DNA of 64,000 bases from Lytechinus pictus (Eukaryota). Position 1 is the first letter of the stretch. Every line of letters starts with the position of its first letter. The notes beneath the pieces were generated by a model. That model made no database searches. It was not told the origin of the DNA and saw only the letters and a program-made list of their open reading frames with translations. The stretch is from NCBI RefSeq assembly GCF_037042905.1, contig NW_026974141.1:15128001-15192000 (forward strand), given 5' to 3'. This document shows positions 59,440-64,000 of the stretch, one piece after another. Made by a program: the position numbers and the translations under genes.

Positions 59440-60786
59440 ATGGAGATGTGCATAAAGCGTAGTATCGGTCGGACAGGACTTCGATTATTGGTAGTTGCAT
59501 TGGTCATAGTGGTTAATTCTTCTGAATATGTCACGGATGTCATGGAGCAGACATCAGGAACCGTGATCACAGATATAGAGGTACCATGGCCGACGTCATC
59601 ATCCGAGAATAGTTGGGCCAACTTTGCAGCTACTCCGATCACTCAGAGGACATCACCATCTGATGAAATGGCGAGTAACACTGTACGTCCATTGCCGGAG
59701 AACTCTTTGACGTCTGACCGAAGTCAAAGACAGTCAGCAGCCATTCAAGTATTTAGCAGCCACTCGACCACTGTCTATTTCAATGATCTGCCAACAGATT
59801 TAAATGCCACGGGGACTGGTGATTGGCAATGGGAATTTTCTTGGGATTGGAACATCATCATGCAACTGATTCTCTCTCTAGTGGGTGTCTTTGGCAATGC
59901 TATGGTAGTCGTTGTCATTGGGGTACGCAAATTCAACTCGAATTCGACAGATGTCCTCATCCTAGCCCTAACCATCTCGGATTTGCTGACATCTTTGTGC
60001 AATATCCCAGTTCCTCAAGCAGCTCAGGTTCCTGCATCAATCCTAGGGGCGTTGTACTGCCGCATCATCCTTTATGAGTTCCTCACTTGGGTTTGTGTCA
60101 TTACATCTACAATCATTCTAGTGGGATTGTCCGTGGAACGTCTGGTTGCTGTCCGCTACCCCCTTCGCTTCCGCGAAATCTTCTCCATCCGACGCGTTTA
60201 CATCTTCATCGTCTCAACATGGTTATTCTCCCTACTCTCCTGTTGCTATTATTTCATTGATATCAAGCCGATGCTGGATGAGAACTTTTCCGAGGAAAAC
60301 ACTTGTGTTGCGACTGCCTCCAATGTCCCATCGCGACTGAGGCAATTGAAAGTATTCACTTTAATCAATTTTTTGATACGGTTAGTTATTCCAGTGGTGC
60401 TGATGATCTTCACCCAGACTGCAATGGCCTACTCTCTTAATCTGCAGTCTCGTCGTCACGATAAAACATTGTCTCAGAAATCCGGTCAGTCCTTTCACAT
60501 CAAGGCCAGAAACCGCATCATCAAGGTCATGCTCACTGTAGTTATTGCGTTCATCATCTGCTGGGCACCAAGTCAGATTGCATGGGTAATCATCTCTTTT
60601 AACGGATCCGCTAAAGGCTACCTTGACAGCACCCTCAGGGATATCCTCAACCTCATCACCTTTATAAACTCTTCAATCAACCCATTCATCTACACATCAC
60701 AGTACCCCAAATTCCGTGCTGCTATTAAAGAAATTTTCATCGGTAAGCCACAAAACGACGCACCACTGTTTGCAGCGAATGTATAG
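59440..60786 (+). CDS. Rhodopsin-like (class A) GPCR, galanin/allatostatin-A receptor-like orphan, single coding exon
   Basis: Seven TM segments with GN (TM1), LTISDLL (TM2), Cys in TM3 and ECL2, ERL (DRY variant), W (TM4), P (TM5), CWAP (TM6), NSSINPFIY (TM7). First in-frame ATG at 59440; an acceptor tgcag at 59257 implies an upstream UTR exon. Confidence 0.92.
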   Translation: MEMCIKRSIGRTGLRLLVVALVIVVNSSEYVTDVMEQTSGTVITDIEVPWPTSSSENSWANFAATPITQRTSPSDEMASNTVRPLPENSLTSDRSQRQSAAIQVFSSHSTTVYFNDLPTDLNATGTGDWQWEFSWDWNIIMQLILSLVGVFGNAMVVVVIGVRKFNSNSTDVLILALTISDLLTSLCNIPVPQAAQVPASILGALYCRIILYEFLTWVCVITSTIILVGLSVERLVAVRYPLRFREIFSIRRVYIFIVSTWLFSLLSCCYYFIDIKPMLDENFSEENTCVATASNVPSRLRQLKVFTLINFLIRLVIPVVLMIFTQTAMAYSLNLQSRRHDKTLSQKSGQSFHIKARNRIIKVMLTVVIAFIICWAPSQIAWVIISFNGSAKGYLDSTLRDILNLITFINSSINPFIYTSQYPKFRAAIKEIFIGKPQNDAPLFAANV

Positions 60787-63700
60787 TTCCCTTTTTAATG
60801 TTTTGACAAGGTCATTTAACAATAGTAGGCCAATCATGCCTATAAGTGCTTTTAAATATTTGAGTACTGTTTTTGTTGTAGATCTCAAAAAGAATTAATT
60901 CATGAGGGAGTGCCTCAGGGGTAAGCTTTTGACCCAATTTTACTTTTATTGTGTAAGTATGATTTTATCAGTCAGTCAAAGTTATTCTTCTCTCGACATT
61001 CTCCATTTATCATTTTCTCATAGTAATACTTATGTTTTACTTTCCTTGGCAAAAGAGGAGATGAATCAATTATGAACAATTTTCTCGTAAGAGACTCTTT
61101 CTTACAAAAAGTATTATCTTAGGTCCAGGTGCAAAACAAGCACTTTTGGATATTAATCTATTTTAGATTGTCATCAAATAATTTTGTTGGATTACCTGGT
61201 GCTTTTTTTTCAAACTAATCTCAAAAGAAAAACCTTGTCGAGCGATTTGTTGTTCATTATTTATTCATTTCAAACTGTGATATGCATAATCAAAAATTAT
61301 GGGCCATAATTGAGGTCCGGTTTAAGCCATGATCTATGCGCTAAAACTATTGGAAGCCAAAAAATCAATTTAAAAAAGAACACATTGCAAGTTTGTTTGG
61401 TTTTGTTTTAATATAGTCGAGGAAAAATAGCAGATTTTGAGAATCAACCGCAAACAAATTGCAATATTTTTTTTTTTTCACCGCAATGCATTTCCCTGAA
61501 GTTCCCAAAATGACATACTAAAAGTCCAAAAAATCCCAGAAGTGGAAAGATGTATAATTTGCATAAATCCAAAATGGTTGCCATAGTGAGAATTTTCATG
61601 ATTATTGGTAGTAGCACAAAGACTGATCTGACCATAACACTTTCAAAATTTATGATTAAAGCATTAAACTTCCACTTATGTCATATTTTACCATAGGCTT
61701 CATTTTAAAATGGAAGGATGTAAGTAAGATTTGACCTCTACTGACGTCTATAGAGGTCAATGACATTAGGGTCAGCGACCTCGAAATATCAGAAAATTGA
61801 TGTTTTGCATCATTAGTTCATGATAAATAGGGTTATAATTCTAACTTGCATGTTGTAAATGTGTTTCGATGTCATAGTAAGTCTTGCTTTCAAGTATTTG
61901 TAACATGTAATATATACCCAGTTGTTGTGTTTCCGAACAGGTTGTGTGTCCGGACAATCGATTTTAAACAGCCATTTGTAGAAATTAACAAGCGAAGTTT
62001 CATCAATTTCTAGTACGAAATGCTGGGCAATATCATAGAGAACGAAATAGAAGATGATTACAATTATTTGAATTATATTTAGTGTAATCTACAGACAAAA
62101 AAGAAGGCTTCGAAATTTTAGTGTCCGGACACTCGACCCCCATCCTACATTTTTTTTCTTCTGACATGTCTGATGGACCTAATTAACAAGCTATGCTTCT
62201 TTTGCTTACCACACCTCCCTTTAGGTTTTTTTGGAGGTGGGGGGGGGGGGTGGGAGGCAAACCTTATAAATGTAATGTTTATTTGTATGATTTTTATTGT
62301 ACAATGTTACTAAGGAATGCAAATAAATACTGTATTTCCAATTCTTTTATCATTCATCACTTTCACCTCAATCAGTCATTGATTCCATTGAGGACATTAA
62401 AGGACACGTTACTAGAGATATTCAACTTGTACTGATAATTTCACTTGCACTGAATTTTTTTTCCTGACTTTCAGTCATAACACAAGGGTTTTGATAACAC
62501 TTGAAAACCATTATCATGATTCAGAGTGATTTGAGTCACACATATGTACATGCATGTGGATGGTCAAGAAATTCATAAAAAACAGGTTAGAAGTCATATT
62601 CTTGCAGATTACAGTAACCGAGCAGATCTATTTCGAGTATATGTGACCTAGCTACCACCCCAAAACAACAAATAAGTCGCCAGGTAAGGTTCTCTGTAAA
62701 TAGCCAAAATAGTAAATTAGTCTCCACCCCCCCCCAAAAAAAAAAAAAAAATCTTCTTCTTTATACTGTAAGAATTTGAAGTCGTGAAGTTGAATAAAAG
62801 AAAAGATACAAGAGTTTCTTAGATACTACTTGTTCGGAAGTTTCACTGAGATTACACAGGATGCACATTGTGTTCTTATTTTCTAATAATGATAATAATA
62901 ATAGTGATATTTTATATGGCGCTAGGCCAGCAACAGTTCCTTTAGATAGCAAATATTATATACACGTACATTACAAACAGCTACTTAGATATAAATAGAA
63001 ATCTTGAGTCACTACAAGTATCATCCTGGAAATTCCCAGCTCTTGCTGAATTTCCTCTGCATTCAATCAAGTACCTGTAATGGTTATTGTTGGTTAATAT
63101 TAACATAATCATTTTAAAGCTTAGGAAGTGAATTTTCAAGCTCAATAAAAATCTCAATATTCATTTTGGTCGACTTATTGTTGGTTTTGGGGTGGCAGGT
63201 CACATATAGTCATAGTAGGCCAAGTATAACTCAAATCCTAAATGAAATATGCAGATCTGTAGGGTTACATTTATATCCCCCTGAAATGATTTTTTGAAGA
63301 AAAAAAATATTTTGCCTTTATGCGTACTTTAAGAATCTGATCTGACAGATGGTGAAATGATCATTGGCCTGTTTTAAATCGATGATTCGTGCTTTACTAT
63401 CACAAATAATATACTCAAACAAGAATAGTGTCTTTTATATTTTCATATTTATTTGATTATTAATCTACATACCATCACCAACATTAACAAATTCAATTAC
63501 ACCTTTGTATCTGATTTTGAACTACCTCATTAGATAACGAAAAGTAATGTCGTTGAAATTTCTAGTCCCAAACGTGGGAGAATAATGGAACATTGCAACA
63601 TATGGCATTGCATCTTTTACAACAGTCCTGGTTGTAAAACGAGTAAAACCTCACTTAGACACACGTAGTACATTATGTACATAAGGTTTATATACAGACA

Positions 63701-64000
63701 GAACTCGGCAGAAATAAAGTGTATATACCCTTAAAATCAGACCAAGCTTATTTACTACATATTCACCTACCTAAAATATTAAATGCCATTAAGTGATTAT
63801 GTGTTCCCCTTTTTCCGAAGGAGTAAATATTGTAATTAAAAATCATAATATCTTGCGTTTCGCTGGAGCGATTAAGAACTGATGTTTAATTGATATCTGT
63901 ACATTATGTAACATGAGAAATAATATCTTCAAAATCGTACGAATCCCAGGCGACGAAACTACGACTATTTTTCCCGTATCCTCACCATACCACAAATAGC

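Overview
AT-rich, intron-rich eukaryotic (animal) genomic DNA. Gene content and repeat style (poly-G/poly-C MITEs, tRNA-derived SINEs, intronless class A GPCR) suggest an invertebrate deuterostome such as a sea urchin; this is inference. Four protein-coding genes were rebuilt by hand from GT-AG splice sites with consistent phases. (1) CHMP2A (ESCRT-III), minus strand, 5 coding exons, 7632-12211, 222 aa. (2) A divergent thiopurine S-methyltransferase (TPMT)-like gene, minus strand, 7 coding exons, 24293-30215, 268 aa, largely missed by the ORF track. (3) A PRDM4 orthologue (zinc knuckle, PR/SET domain, 7 zinc fingers), plus strand, 10 coding exons, 35343-48857, about 1339 aa. (4) A rhodopsin-class GPCR with a single coding exon, 59440-60786. 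The rest is dense with non-autonomous DNA transposons, SINEs, LINE fragments, a Helentron-like tandem-repeat element, a satellite and two N gaps. The most unusual structure is at 12916-15399, just upstream of CHMP2A: three distinct TAG...CTA elements (one inverted) and a young LINE are stacked in one site, each junction repeating the 9-bp GCTCCATGC, which looks like recurrent site-directed insertion. Also notable: a near-perfect 684-bp palindromic element in the PRDM4 5' region, a 56-bp-arm hairpin carrying a minimal hammerhead-ribozyme-like motif, and a Gly-to-Glu change in the TPMT SAM-binding motif. All alignments were made by eye; no database searches were run.
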